Below, in pieces: positions 1-17,529 of a stretch of 64,000 bases of DNA. The stretch spans positions 33,418,001 through 33,482,000 of the forward strand of contig OZ024751.1 in assembly GCA_964016885.1 (NCBI GenBank). Direction: 5' to 3'. Below the pieces are notes generated by a model. That model made no database searches. It was not told the origin of the DNA and saw only the letters and a program-made list of their open reading frames with translations. Position numbers and translations under genes: made by a program. Positions within the stretch are counted from its first letter, which is position 1. Each line of letters opens with the position of its first letter. This DNA is from Eledone cirrhosa (lineage: Eukaryota).

Positions 1-847
1 ATATATATATATCATATATATATATATATATCATATATATGATATATATATATATATCATATATATATATATGATATATATATATATATATCATATATAT
101 ATATATCATATATATATATCATATATATATATATATATATCATATATATATATATATATATCATATATATATATATATCATATATATCATATATATATCA
201 TATATATATATATATATCATATATCATATATATATATATATCATATATATATATATATATATCATATATATATATATATCATATATCATATATATATATA
301 TATATCATATATATATATATATATATCATATATATATATATATCATATATCATATATATATATATATATCATATATATATATATATATATCATATATATA
401 TATATATCATATATCATATATATATATATCATATATCATATATATATATATCATATATATATATATCATATATATATATCATATATATATATCATATATA
501 TATATCATATATATATATCATATATATATATCATATATATATATCATATATATATATATATCATATATATATATATCATATATATATATATCATATATAA
601 TATATATATCATATATAATATATATATCATATATATATATATCATATATATATATATATATCACATATATATATATCATATATATATATATATATCACAT
701 ATATATATATCATATATATATATATCATATATATATATATATATCATATATCTATATATATATCATATATATATATATATATATCATATATATATCATAT
801 ATCATATATATATATATCATATATAAACCATATATATATATATATAA
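1..847. repeat. (AT)n microsatellite with ATC/CAT interruptions
   Basis: Direct reading; ORF 71..826 (IYIYH...) is its translation artefact. Confidence 0.97.
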
Positions 848-871
848 AGAGAGAGGGAGAGCGAAAGAGTC

Positions 872-957
<86 letters not shown>

Positions 958-1337
958 GTGGACAAGGTTCATCATCTTGGCGTTATAATTCCCAAGCTAT
1001 ATATATAGATGTAGTGTGAGTGTGTGTGTGTGTTTGTCTGTAGTCATGTGTTGTATGTGTAAGGTGACACAGAAATCAGTGCAGGTTTGTGGCGGCACGG
1101 CCATATTGTATGTGAGTGTATCTGATTGGTAGTGTGTTACTATGTGATAGATGGGTTACAGCCATGATATATACCTAGTTAGGAAGAGATATGATGGATT
1201 ATACGTCTAAGTGATAGCATTACACATGATATATAGTAGCTATGGTTGATAATGTATTATATATGATATACGGTCTACTTGTAATGATAGAGCTAATATA
1301 CGCTTGGATGGTTTATGTATGACACAGCTGATGTATG

Positions 1338-1905
1338 GTGGTATAGTGGTGGTGGTGGTGGTGGTGGTGTGGTGGTGATGGTGGTAGTGGTTGTGGTGGT
1401 GGTGGTGGTGTGGTTGTGGTGGTAGGGGTGGTGGTGGTGGTGGTTGTGGTGGTAGTGGTTGTGGTGATAGTGGTGTGGTGGTGGTGGTAGTGGTGGTAGA
1501 GGTGTGGTGGTGGTGGTGGTGGTGGTGGTGGTGGTGGTAGTGGTGGTTGTGGTGGTGGTGGTGGTGGTGGTAGTGGTTGTGGTGATAGTGGTGTGGTGGT
1601 GGTGGTAGTGGTGGTAGTGGTGTGGTGGTGGTGTGGTGGTGGTAGTGGTAGTGGTTGTAGTGATAGTGGTGTGGTGGTGGTGTGGCGGTGATGGTAGTGG
1701 TGGTGGTGGTAGTGGTGTGGTGGTGGTGGTAGTGGTGTGGTGGTGGTAGTGGTATTGGTGTGGTGGTGGTTGTTGTTGTTGTGGTGGTTGTTGTGGTGGT
1801 TGTGCTGGTGGTGCTTGTGGTTGTTGTGATGGTGGTGGTAGTTATTGTGGTGATGGTGGTTGTTGTGGTGGTGGTTGTTGATTTTGTGGTGGTGGTGGTG
1901 GTAGT
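1338..1905. repeat. Degenerate (GGT)n/(GTT)n trinucleotide array
   Basis: GGT/GTA/GTT triplets; poly-V, poly-H/P/T ORFs are artefacts. Confidence 0.93.
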
Positions 1906-2084
1906 AGCGACAAAAGAATTGGAGATAGTAGTTGTGGTGATATTTTGGGCATTGGTATGTGTGCATATGTTTGTGTGTGTGTGTGTATGAGTGCTATACG
2001 TGATACTTGGCCGGTCGTGTTATATGCAATTCAAAGCTGTTGGTGATTGTATTGTTGTTGCTGTTGTTGTTGCCGTAGTTATTG

Positions 2085-2470
2085 TTGTTGCTGTTGTTGT
2101 TGTTGTAGTTGTTTGGCTCTGATTCAGCCAACTCACAATTAATTCCAAGCAGTTTACATACAGGACCCTATTAAGCAATGTTCCTGCCGTTTGTAAGACC
2201 TTATGGTATGTTTTAGTGAATTTTGGCTGCTACTTTTAGCTTGTCTAGCAACCACGTAAATATCCTTTATTGGCTCCAAAAGGTTTATCTGGGGTCTGCC
2301 TAGATAGAACACACCTATGACCCCACAAGAATTCCATTTGTGACCATCTCGTCTTTTCCATCTTTGTCTATCTAAGACCAAGTTATCCTATGTGTTCTCT
2401 TTTAAGATAGAAGTGTCATGATTTGAGGTGAATTTGGCTGAATGATCCTTGGCTAGATGTTGTTCTTGAA
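2085..2470 (-). mobile_element. Diverged interspersed repeat (SINE-like, (AAC)n tail)
   Basis: GATTTGAGGTGAATTTGGCTG at ~2420 is the reverse complement of the AAATCTCC(C/T)TCAAATC motif at ~40418 and ~58537; (GTT)n at the left end is the tail. Confidence 0.55.
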
Positions 2471-2724
2471 GGACAACTGAGAGAGGTTACTTGCTCTAGT
2501 GATCAAAGTTACCATGGTTTTTGTGGGCTTTCTCCACAGGTGACCCTTGGAGGGATCCCCACTTTTGAAGAATTGATGTTCGATTTTTTAAATGATTATT
2601 TTTTAGTCTTTGTTAAAAATATTTTTTTACACAAAAAACTCACACTTTACCGTTCTGTGCCGTCTTTATTGTTTTCTTAATGTGAACCCTGTGTGGATAA
2701 CAAAGAAACCATCATTATTATTAA

Positions 2725-2800
2725 GGGGTCGATTAAATAAAGTACCAGTAATACACTGGGGTAATTGCTGGCCTTGTGCCAAAAGTAGAAACAATTATTA
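2725..2800 (+). mobile_element. 3' fragment of tRNA-derived SINE family A
   Basis: GGGTCGAT..TACCAGTAATACACTGGG..TGGCCTTGTGCCAAAAGTAGAAACAAT is nearly identical to 49783-49852. Confidence 0.85.
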
Positions 2801-3059
2801 TTGTTAAAATGTCATTTAATTTACTGTCCACGTTTCCGTGTTGTTGTACTTTGACTTGGCGGTGTAGAGTTTTGTGTGAAATATATAAAATATGACTGCC
2901 TTACCAGCAAACATCTGATAAATATGGATGTGTGTGAGAGAGTGTGTCTGTGTGTGAGTGTGAGAGGGAGAGGGTGTGTGTTGGAGTGTGTGTGAGAGAG
3001 TGAGTGTGTTTACCGCACCACTGGTCATCACCATATAAAAAATATAATGAACAACCATA

Positions 3060-3200
3060 GACAGTGGGAGAGAGAGGGGGGTTAGATAGGGGGTGGGGGG
3101 GAGAGAGAGTGGGATTAGATAGGGGGTGGGGGAGAGATAGTGGGATTAGATAGGGAGGGGTGGAGGGAGAGAGAGAGTGGGATTAGATAGGGAGGGCATG
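3060..3200. repeat. ~30-bp G-rich minisatellite (GAGAGTGGGATTAGATAGGGG...), about 4 copies
   Basis: TTAGATAGGG recurs at ~3082, 3115, 3146 and 3183. Confidence 0.75.
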
Positions 3201-3504
3201 TGAGAGGGAGAGTATGAGGTAGACAGGCAGACAGTGAAAGGTAGGCCATTCATGACCAATTAAAAAATAGCAATATGAGAATAATTATAATGTTGTTGAT
3301 AATATCAACAACAACAACAATAACAACAACAACAATAATGACAGTAACAGCAACAACAATAAATAAATGCGATGGTGATATCAAGAAGCCATCTTGCCTG
3401 GCACCACATTCAAACGCAGCCATATTGTCGCTTCTGTTTAGACACCCGAGCAGGCTGTAAAAACCGTCAACGTTTGTTCCCTAATTTCCCGCACCCCTCC
3501 CCCA

Positions 3505-3840
3505 CCAGCCCCACCACTACTACCACCACCACCACTACACCACCACCACAACCATCACCACCACCACCATCACCACCACCACAACCACATCCACCACCAC
3601 CATCATCACCATCACCACCACCATACCACCACCACCACCACCACCACCATCCCCACCACCCTCACATTGTCACCACCACCATACCACCACCACCTCCACC
3701 ACTACCTCCACCACCACCACCACCCTCACATTGTCACCACACCTCAACTACAGCTATCACAACCACCAACAGTAACACCATAACACAGCTATCACCATTA
3801 ACCACCCAACCAGCCACCCAGTCACCAACAACCAGCCAAC
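3505..3840. repeat. (CCA)n degenerate array
   Basis: Direct reading. Confidence 0.9.
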
Positions 3841-3870
3841 CAATCTGGTCTCAGTACTACAGACTCTATA

Positions 3871-3974
3871 CAGGGTGTCCCAAATAAATGTATACACAAA
3901 GGATGTGCATTCTAATAAATATTGCCTGTACAGGTAATCAAAGTGTGTATACAATTGGGGGGACACACACTCTG
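3871..3974. mobile_element. Short Tc1/mariner-type MITE remnant
   Basis: TA|CAGGGTGTCCC..TGTATACACA at left; imperfect inverted copy TGTGTATACA..GGGACACACACTCTG at right. Confidence 0.55.
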
Positions 3975-5334
3975 CTGTTATTTGCCGAGAATAAGTGATA
4001 TAGTCACTACTTTAGAACTCATAGCGAATGGTCTTCTAAATGTTTTTAAATAAACATACAGTATATTGCCAAATATACTGTATACTATATATATATGTGT
4101 ATGTATATGTTCTTAATATAGGTCGTGTATCTCTTGTTGTTCTAGGGTTTGGTTTATTAGTTTCTTGGAACATCCATTTTGATTCCTGTGTTTCTCTCTA
4201 CATTTCTGTATCCTGTCCTTCCTTTGTGGAAGAGAATCTAAATGCTTTTCTAAGTAGAAGTTTTACCGGTGACGTGTTGTATTTATCTAGACATTGTCTC
4301 TCTAGATATATACATATATTTGTCTTTAATGGCGAAATATTTATGACTAAAAATGGAGTCATTTTATTACTGAGAACTTTGTGTATTTCTGGGTGTTAAA
4401 TTACAATATATCACCGCGGGTCGGTTTGCTTGAGCTGTGCATTTGATCAGCTCCTGTTGGCCTATAAAATGGCTCAAATGAGTTGTGTTTGTCACCTCTT
4501 CTGGTCAAGTTCCCACCCATGTGTCCCCATCGCGTCACTGGCTCCACCAAATTGAATTGAGAGTTAAAGCGAGAGCTCGGCACCATTTGTGAAACCTATC
4601 ACCCGAAAAAATTCCATTTAAATGAATTTACACCGTGAATTCCTTCGATAGAGCGGGCTCAATCAACCCCGGTTGAACGCCGCCACAAGACTCAGTAAAT
4701 GTTATGTATTCTGATCAGGTGATCCAGATTGACAAGCTGGTGATGTATGTAGTCCTATGTGGTGCATTGTTGCGTCAAATTAACACCTGATCAGGTGAGC
4801 CACAACCTGAGACAGTAACAGTTATTCAACAATAAGGGAACGTAATGAAGAACCCGTGTTTACTTCGTTTTGAGGCCAGAATAATGTTGATTCTCTTTAT
4901 ATTTCCTTCTATTTTCTTCACAAAGATATTGTTGTCATAGCTCTAATTAATTTTTAATTATTTATTGAGCACTTTCAGCGAAAAATACCTCGTCTTTAAA
5001 TTAGTTTCTACGTGTATGGTATGGTGAAGTACACGTGTATCTATTATCTATCTACAATTATTGCTTCTGGCTTTGTCGAAAATCTTTGAATTTATTTTCA
5101 AGCATACACCCACATCTACCTTACAAAACATACCCCCCTCACTGAACACATCCACCCCACGTACACAACCACCTCACAGAACATATCCACTCCACAGACA
5201 CAAACATCACACATACACATACACACACATACACACACACCGATCCCATAGAACACACCCACCCCACAAACACAATCACCCCCACACAAACACACCCACT
5301 CCACAGAACACACGCTTACTTTGAATTTTAGATG

Positions 5335-5920
5335 CTGTTGTTGTTGTTATTGTAGTTATAGAATTTGGTAATGATGTTGTAGTTATTGTTGTGGCAGCTA
5401 TAGCAGTTTATAGTGCTGTTGTTGTTGTTATTGTTGCTATTATTGTAGTAGTTATTGTAGTTGCTATTACCATAATTGTTATTATTATTGTTGTTGGTGT
5501 TACTATTATTACCAGAGTTGTTGTTATTGTTATTGCTATTATTGCCACAGTTGTTGTTGCTGCTATTGCAGTTGTTATTGTTGTTGTTCTATTATTACTA
5601 CAGTTATTGTTGTTGTTACCATTGTTTCTGTCGTTGCTATTGTTATTGTTGTTGTTACAGAATTTCTAATTCTTTTCGATTTAGCTATTATTACCATAGT
5701 TGTTGCTATTGTTGCTATTGTTGCAGGGTTTTCCTTTTGTTTTGTTCCTATTTTTACTGTTGTTGTTGTTGCCGTTATTCTTTTCTGCGTATTTTTGTTG
5801 TCGTTGTTGTTGCTGTTGTTGCTGTTGTTGCTATTGTTGCTGTTGTTCATTTCTACGTATTTTTGTTGCTGCTGCTGTTGTTGCCGTTATTTTTCTCTAC
5901 GTATTTTTGTCGTCGTTGTT
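5335..5920. repeat. (GTT/GCT/ATT)n degenerate array
   Basis: Direct reading. Confidence 0.9.
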
Positions 5921-6334
5921 TCTCTGTATTCTCTGTAAACGCCGGCCTATGCATGTGTTCGGCCCGCAGGAGGTAATGCTGACTTTCACTCTATGAAAAC
6001 ACTTTGTCAACAATGAGCAGCTTCAAGTCGTTTCTTAGTAATTTCAACTGTTTACATATTTCTCTGCTTCTTGTTTTCTAGTTTTTTTAAATACTTTTGT
6101 TGTATAGTTTTTATTTATTTTTGTTTTTTTATATTTTTTTCTTTATTTTTTTCTTATTTTTTTTATTTCTATATTTATTTATTGGCTTTGTGTTTTAGTG
6201 TGCCGAAAGAGGCATAAGTCAATAAGACGATGAAGCATATATTGTTTACCCAGCTTTTCACCGGTTCTCATCTACCAACCAGAGATGCCGGAGTAGAAGC
6301 AGTCGGTCGACACAGACACACACAAACAAAAATA

Positions 6335-6468
6335 CATATATATTTACATACAGTTACTTACATTGATATACATTTATATATATATACGTGCTTTTATATG
6401 TGGTTATACATACATACATACATACATATATACATACATACATATACATATATGCATACATACATATA

Positions 6469-6502
<34 letters not shown>

Positions 6503-6649
6503 CATATATACATATATACATACATATATACATATATACATATATACATACATATATATATATACTTACATACATATTACATTTGCCTACTTACACATGC
6601 ATTTACGTACCTTTATTTACATACATGGAGAAAGTGTGTGAGGGAGAGA

Positions 6650-6719
<70 letters not shown>

Positions 6720-6862
6720 CAAAGACAGAGAAGGGGAATGTATGAAATAGGAAGTGGGGTGGGGGGATATAGAGATATGGAAGTTGGGGGGGGGGTTAGA
6801 AAGGAGATTTCAGCCGCACAAAAATACAAAGGAACGCTCATACACACGCACTCACACATGCA

Positions 6863-6936
<74 letters not shown>

Positions 6937-7228
6937 CACATGCATATACATATATATATATAGAGAGAGAGATAAATATACACGGGTGTGTATGATTGTG
7001 TATAGAAGATTATATTAATAAAAGGAATTCCAACTTTGATTTACTCGTTTTATTTACAATCCTTTAAAATTTATATTGGTATTAGAATGAAATAGTATGG
7101 TAGAATATTAATTGTTAAGTGTTAATTGAACAAGTACTTTCATGCTTTCGCAATCTTCAGGTTCATATTCTGTGGTGACAGTCAAGTTTGCAATTTCCAA
7201 CTGTGAAATATATATATATATATACACA

Positions 7229-7327
<99 letters not shown>

Positions 7328-7375
7328 GCATATATATATATATATACATATGCATATATATATATATACACATGC

Positions 7376-7406
<31 letters not shown>

Positions 7407-7467
7407 CACACACACATACATACATACATACACGCAGACACACATGTATATATGTATATATATATAT
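6335..7467. repeat. Cluster of (TACA)n, (GA)n and (TA)n microsatellites
   Basis: Direct reading; short unique spacers lie between the tracts. Confidence 0.9.
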
Positions 7468-7507
7468 GAAATGTGAGAAAAACCACAGACCCTCCATCTC
7501 AACTCTA

Positions 7508-7543
7508 CTTTTGAAAAGCAGAAGAACTGCGAAACCGGTAAAG
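7508..7543 (+). ncRNA. Minimal type I hammerhead ribozyme candidate (U3-A8 core variant)
   Basis: CUU-UUGAAAA-GCAG(AAGAA)CUGC-GAAA-CCG-GUA^AAG: 4-bp stem II, palindromic ACCGGU stem III, GUA cleavage triplet, 3-bp stem I. Confidence 0.6.
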
Positions 7544-8031
7544 GAACCAATTAAATATATATACATTTTTTTAAATAAGACTCTAGTTGCATTTTCGATT
7601 TCATCTTTTTTTCTTTATACTTTCACTCGTGTAGGACACCTCGGTTAATTTTCATTTTATAAAAAAACCTCACTTTCTAATATATATATATGTATATATA
7701 TATACACAGACTGAGGAGCGTATTTGCCTCAGCATGTTTGCCGATATCCTCATGTGTATTGTATTTAGGAATGTGTGTGCGATTATGTATATAAGCATGA
7801 ATGTGCGTGTGGTAATACACACATATATATATACATTCATATTTATAATACATATATATATATTCATATTTATAATACATATATACATACACATAGATAC
7901 ATATATATAAATGAATATATATATATGTATACAGAGAGAGAGAGAGACAGAGAGAGAGAAAGAGAGAGAGAGATGTATCAGTGTGGCGTTGACGATGGTG
8001 GGAATGTGTACTCAATACCAAAGTAGAGTTA

Positions 8032-8097
8032 AATAATTGTTTCTACTTTTGGCACAAGGCCAGGAATTAAAATACCTATATATATATATATATATAC

Positions 8098-8156
<59 letters not shown>

Positions 8157-8157
8157 C

Positions 8158-8206
<49 letters not shown>

Positions 8207-8425
8207 TATATACATATATATATATACATATATATATACATATATATATATATGTACATTACTGGTACTTTATTTTATCGACCCCGTAAGGATGAAAGGC
8301 AAAGTTAACCTCGGTGGGATTTGAACTCAGACCGTAAAGGGACGTAACTATGCTGGAAAGCATGGGCCGTAACTCTATGCGTCAAAGCATGGCGTCTGAC
8401 CCTCTACCGATACTGCCAATCCACC
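8032..8425 (-). mobile_element. tRNA-derived SINE family A, split by an (AT)n tract (~8078-8255)
   Basis: Reverse complement of 49668-49852; minus strand has A box TGGCAGTATCGG and B box GAGTTCAAATCCC. Confidence 0.9.
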
Positions 8426-8536
8426 TTGGTTAAATAATATTCTATATTCTGGCTAAACACTGACTCTTGTTACTCTGAAATTTCACCTGTGTACAATCAC
8501 TTGCACTCACACATGCACACCTATATATTAACATAC

Positions 8537-8964
8537 GTGTGTATGTGTGTGTTTGATTGTGCGTGTGCTGTGGTGTGTGGTGTGCGTGTGCTGTGGTGTG
8601 TGTGGTGTGTGTGTGCTGTGGTGTGTGTGGTGTGTGTGTGCTGTGGTGTGTGTGTGTGGTGTGTGTGGTGTGTGTGTGGTGTGTGTGTGCTCTGGTGTGT
8701 GGTGTGTGTGTGTGGTGTGTGTGGTTTGCGTGTGCTATGGTGTGTGGTGTGTGTGGTGTGTGTGTGGTGTGTGTGGTGTGTGTGTGCTGTGGTGTGTGGT
8801 GTGTGTGTGTGGTGTGTGTGGTGTGTGTGTGGTGTGTGTGTGTGTGTGTATGGTGTGTGTGTGGTGTGTGTGTGCTGTGGTGTGTGTGGTGTGTGTGTGC
8901 TGTGGTGTGTGTGTGTGTGGTGTGTGTGCTGTGGTGTGTGGTGTGTGGTGTCCGTGGTGTGTGT
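8537..8964. repeat. Complex (GT)n/GGT microsatellite
   Basis: Direct reading. Confidence 0.93.
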
Positions 8965-9167
8965 CAATGCCCTGCCCTCCTCTCTGCCCCTCCTCCTATA
9001 ACTACAGCCATGAGGTCTAAATGTTGAAACTTTCCTCAACAGACAACAATGTACCACCTCTGTCTTTCTATGTTTCACTGTCTTTCTACTTGTTCACAGA
9101 TGAACTTTTACATAAAACATCTCATATATATCGAAATATAACATGAAGAGCAAGACCTGTTCTTCTT

Positions 9168-9575
9168 TCACCACCACCACCACTATCACTACTTCCACCA
9201 TCACCACCACCACCACCACTTCAACCCTTTCTCTGCCGTCGCCCACTCCATCACCACCACCACCAACACCAATACCACGACCATCACCACAACCACCACC
9301 ATCACTACTACCACCACCACCACCACCACTTCAACCCTTTCTCTGCCGTCGCCCACTCCATCACCACTACCACCAACACCAATACCATGACCACCACCAT
9401 CGCCACAACCACCACCATCACTACTACCACTTCAACCCTTTCTCTGCCGTCGCCCACTCCATCACCACCACCACCAACACCAATACCACGACCACCACCA
9501 TCACCACAACCACCACCATCACTACTACCACCACCACCACCACCACCACTTCAACCCTTTCTCTGCCGTCGCCAT
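9168..9575. repeat. ~100-120-bp minisatellite, 4 units, fixed core CACTTCAACCCTTTCTCTGCCGTCGCC within (CAC)n
   Basis: Core at ~9217, 9327, 9428 and 9547; intervening sequences are homologous CAC-rich tracts. Confidence 0.85.
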
Positions 9576-9879
9576 TCGGGGAAAACAAATGTGTCGAAAT
9601 TAGTTTCTGAGACAAAGGGATGTTTCTGTAAATAACCTTGACTAGGAAGGCGTTACCACACATATAGCCCTCCCCCTCCTCACCCCACACCCAGCACGCA
9701 CACACTCGCACACACACTCACACACAGACGTAGACACGCACAGATACACACACAGAGATAAATTCGTGTGCGAGTTGTGATAGATTCTAAGATTTATTAG
9801 GACAAAATGTTGTGGTGTTGATGGTGGCGGTGGTGGTGATGGTGGTGGTGATGGTGGTTGTGGTGGTAGGGAGGAAGAT

Positions 9880-10226
9880 GGTAATTTTAACGTTTCCATC
9901 TTTTCCCAAGGGAACTGGCGGAAAAACCAGAGGTTTAAACGAAATGGAGCGGGGAAAATTAGAATGGCAACCCGCTTGGTGAGATTCACAGCGTAAAAGT
10001 TTATTTATTCCCCTCCATGGATTGTCATTGCCATTCTCCTAACATCTACTACCGCATGAAACCGCCTTTTTACGTCCGTTTCAATACACCTTACAAGATA
10101 ACGATATATATCTCTATGTGTACTCCTGAAGAAGGGCTTAACCCCGACACGTCCAACTTTCTTTGCTCTTTCCAATATAAAGCGTGAAACTAATAAGACT
10201 TTTTGTACCTGTGTCTGTTGCCTCCT
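9880..10226 (+). mobile_element. Penelope-like element 3' fragment with degenerate hammerhead motif
   Basis: CTGAAGA-AGGG-CTTAA-CCCC-GACAC-GTC at 10126-10153; AAGCGTGAAACTAATA is shared with minus-strand copies at ~18715 and ~19425; ends at (TA)n; upstream frame FNVSIFSQGNWRKNQRF weakly resembles a GIY-YIG C-terminus. Confidence 0.6.
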
Positions 10227-10460
10227 ATATATATATATAACGTATGAATGGAAACAGCAAGGAAGTATAAAAAAGGAGAAAACATTTTTTTGGGGAAAAA
10301 AGGGGTTTTTATAAAAACAGTTAATATTTTATATATTTTATAAAAAAGCTCTCTTTTAAAAAAAAAAAAAAAATGCTTTCACTTTTTTTATACTTGCGTG
10401 ATGTTTCCATTCTTACTTTTTTTCTATAACCTTCGATTTGTATAGAACTTTACCCCTTTT

Positions 10461-10608
<148 letters not shown>

Positions 10609-10766
10609 ATTAAGGTGTTCACATAGCTGTATACATATAAGTATGTAAATGTTGTATATCGTACAGTATACAGTGTGTTTACGAATAAACATTTGCAAGT
10701 TTTTAGCTATGAATTTTTAAATGGTATCGGCCCAGAGTTGGAACCGATTGTCCTTCTCCTCTCCCC

Positions 10767-10852
<86 letters not shown>

Positions 10853-11119
10853 ATTAAATACAAAACGCCTGTTAAACATATTTACTTTTGCAGGAAGTTT
10901 GAACTCCACTATTCTGCCATTCTCTCATTCTCCTATTCTCCCATACTCCCACGCTCCCATTCTGCTATTCTGCCATCCTGTCACCACTAATCCTAATACT
11001 GAAAGGTGTGGCTATATTCCATATCATTGATATCTTTGGCAGCTTTATCTGGAAAACGTCTTAAAGATGCTATTGTATGTTATATATTATATAGTGTTTT
11101 ACAAATAAACAACACACAG

Positions 11120-14265
<3,146 letters not shown>

Positions 14266-14474
14266 TAGAAAGATTATATCTTGATGACGTTTTCAGGAGA
14301 AAGCCGAGCAGCTGATCTTGTTTCTTATCTTCAACAGACAAAACTTGGCACACTCGAAATATACATACACGATTACATACTTATATACACACGTACATGC
14401 ATGCTTGTATACATACATACACACATACATGCCTGCATACATGCATACAATCATATATATATATATACACACAC

Positions 14475-14511
<37 letters not shown>

Positions 14512-14552
14512 AATATATATATACACACAAATATATATATATATATATACAC

Positions 14553-14596
<44 letters not shown>

Positions 14597-14598
<2 letters not shown>

Positions 14599-14666
14599 AT
14601 AATAATAAATTTGAAGACTAAAATCCAAAGAGCAGCGATTCTTTGCTTAAACTTTAATCTGTTATT

Positions 14667-14676
<10 letters not shown>
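14597..14676 (+). mobile_element. Internally deleted copy of the Penelope-like terminal repeat at 44408-44608
   Basis: Identical ends (TTGAAGACTAAAATCCAAAGAG / GCAGCGATTCTTTGCTTAAACTTTAATCTGTTATTTTAATAAAT) fused at an AAAG/AG microhomology; flanked by (TA)n. Confidence 0.8.
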
Positions 14677-14715
<39 letters not shown>

Positions 14716-14994
14716 ATGTATATATATAAGTGCCGTACTAAGAGTGAGAAATGAAATTTCGTTTTCATTTTATTATATATATATACATATATATATAACT
14801 TGAGGGGTTCATAATTTATTCATAAGGTATTTTACAATTATCTGCAGCTCTCTTGCAGAAAGCATATTGTTTTGAAATAACATTACTCACACACACTCAC
14901 ACACACTCACACTCACACACACTCACACACACTCACTCTCACAGACTCATATACAGACGCTCACACACACAAATCCGTTAGAGTGACAGACATA

Positions 14995-15090
14995 ATGGCC
15001 TGTGACATTTGCTCCAGTTCTTTGAGATTTGGGTTCAAAACGCGCTGGGGTCAACTTTGCCTTTGAACCTTTCTAAACATTAAAGAACTA
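14995..15090 (+). mobile_element. Diverged SINE family A fragment
   Basis: GGGTTCAAAACGCGCTGGGGTCAACTTTGCCTT resembles GAGTTCAAATCCCGCCGAGGTTTACTTTGCCTT at 49739. Confidence 0.6.
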
Positions 15091-16184
15091 ATACCCATCC
15101 ATGCCCATCCTTCCAACAGAAACACATTTTATTTTAAAAGTCTCAGAAGTTCGATAAAATGATTGGTTTCAAATCGAATTTACATTTACGTCACTAGTGC
15201 CATAAAAAACGACAAATCTTTCTTCCATCTTGCTTCTCTAAAGATATAGGATCGCTTAAACTAGTCTAAAAGGATCTAATATAACATTGGCCAAACCAGA
15301 AAAAATACTGAAAGAAAATAAAGAATATTTCTTTTTTTTTTTTTAGATAAAAACTAAAATAAAACTATATGGATTAAAAATAGAGATAAGATTGTTCTTA
15401 AATAAATCTTTAAATACATCTTAAATAGAAATGAGATAAAGATAATTAGTTGAGTTATAGCAATAATAAATCTTCTGAAAGTTGCTTTTACAATTGAAGC
15501 AGATTTCATCTTTAAAATTTCCAAACTATTTGCATGGATGAAATAAAACAAAAACAAAAGAAAATCAATATATGGAACGTCTCTCTTCTACAGTATTGAA
15601 TTGGATCGGTTCCAGAAGAAATGATATTATATTCCTGTTGAAATATGACGAAGAGAAGATAAGAAAAGATAAAGACCTCGAAATGAATTGGCAGAAAAAA
15701 AAAGACGAAAGAATAACACCAACTCTCTTGGATCAGAAAAAAAAGGAAGGAAAGAAAATGATAAAATAATCATTATCAAATATTAATTCCCGGAACCAAG
15801 TAACACGTGTTTACCAACTGAACATTAAGACAAATCTCTCCGACAGAAACCTAATAAATGGGTGGGGAATAGAACAACAAAAAAACTTTTAAAAAACCGC
15901 TAAACATAGTAGAGAATCTAGCTGGGGTCCTGGATTGGGGGAGAGGTTTGTTGAGGGAGAGGGGAGTCACCGGAACTTGTACTCGTGGTTTCCTACCTTG
16001 AACTAACAAAGTCAAAAAATAATGACTTATAAAAATGGCGCTGTTTATTATTAATGGCAGATATTTCGATGACCTTAGATGAAACTATAAACAAATACAT
16101 CCTCCCATCCCGAACAATTTCCAACAGCAGTTCGGATTTCAACGTGTGAATAAGTGTGTATAAATGCAACATAAAATGTAATAA

Positions 16185-16282
<98 letters not shown>

Positions 16283-16404
16283 TTGTGTGTGAGTGTTTCT
16301 ATTTTCTGTTTAATAGATTGTTTATTTAGTTGTTTTAACACGCTTACATGGTGTCCAAAGAGCTCATTTATTCCGTACACCACTATATATATATAATATA
16401 TGTA

Positions 16405-16458
<54 letters not shown>

Positions 16459-17529
16459 CATACACGCCTCTGTGTGTATGTATGTCCTTGTGTCAAAGAA
16501 CCTGCTTATTTATTGAACGTTGAATGTTTATATCTATATGTGAAATCACACTCACTGAAACGACGGTTACTCGTCTTCTTCTCAACCTGTTTCTGGGATA
16601 TATAAATGGTATAAATGCTAGACTGGCTTTCTTAATGTTTATTTAAACATCTTCAAGCAATTGTAGAACAAGAAATAAACTTCTACTCAGCCGATTTCCG
16701 TAAATAGTCTTCGCCTGTAAACTGAATGCATTCTCTTTAATTATGAAATACTCCCTTCCTAAAAATAATTGTTTCTGACATTAACAAATGTTTAGAAGCT
16801 TTTCTTCTTGGAGCGGAGAGCTTAGTCAATTAAATCGGCTCCGTATTTTACTGGTATTTTAATGTCATTGATACCGGTTAGATGAGGGATGTAACTCTAA
16901 CTGTGGAGTTTCTACAACATGCTGTTTGTTCCTCAGAAAGAAAAGAAAAGTCTTCGAGTTTTTCCTGTCTTGATGAACCAACTAAATCTCGGAGTAAGAT
17001 TAATGTAACAGGCTACACGGCTACTACTAATGTTAGTAACACTCATGTGACTACACAGCCATCTTACATATATCATACTCTATTCTGGTATTCACTATTT
17101 TCTCCTCCATTTCGTTACAACGTATATATATATATAAAGTAAAGAACCCCTTCCATCAAGAATGTTCCAGTCGTAAGCTCCGGGCTTCTTCGGGTGTCCA
17201 TTGTATTCGGAATGAGTTGTGATTATAAGAAACAAAGGTGAGAACTCGACCGAATAAACCAGACAAAATTTCAGCACATGGTGCCTATCTGAAAGAGGTC
17301 ATCACTACGTGTTCATTGAGCTGATGTCATAAAGTAGGAAGATGGTTGTGTTAGAAATATCTAGTCATCCCCTCCCCCCTGTCAGTAAACTACTAAAGTT
17401 ACACTCTTAAGAATAATGCATCTTTGGTTCTAGGCAGAGAAAGATGGCGATATGTAAAGTCTATACTTCACACCTGAATATTTAGCTTCAATACTGTGTT
17501 TCTGTCAATGTCTAAGAGTTTGTGTAGGT

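Noticed and set aside
9060-9170. Strong splice acceptor (pyrimidine tract + CACAG at ~9099) suggesting a host exon; similar isolated sites at ~5971 and ~26010
   Set aside because: No matching partner site or credible reading frame; cannot be supported without transcripts.
9168-9575. CRISPR-like spacing of a 27-bp constant core
   Set aside because: The spacers are homologous (CAC)n tracts; eukaryotic context and no cas genes.
14275-14325. Further hammerhead-like strings here and at ~16556-16582, 17165-17195, 53850-53880, 56535-56560 and 56965-56995
   Set aside because: Each lacks at least two of: an intact core, GAAA, NUH triplet, stem I pairing.
15100-15990. A-rich stretch that may be a decayed LINE ORF1; 4100-4860 may likewise be a decayed retroelement
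   Set aside because: Multiple stops and no diagnostic motif I can name.
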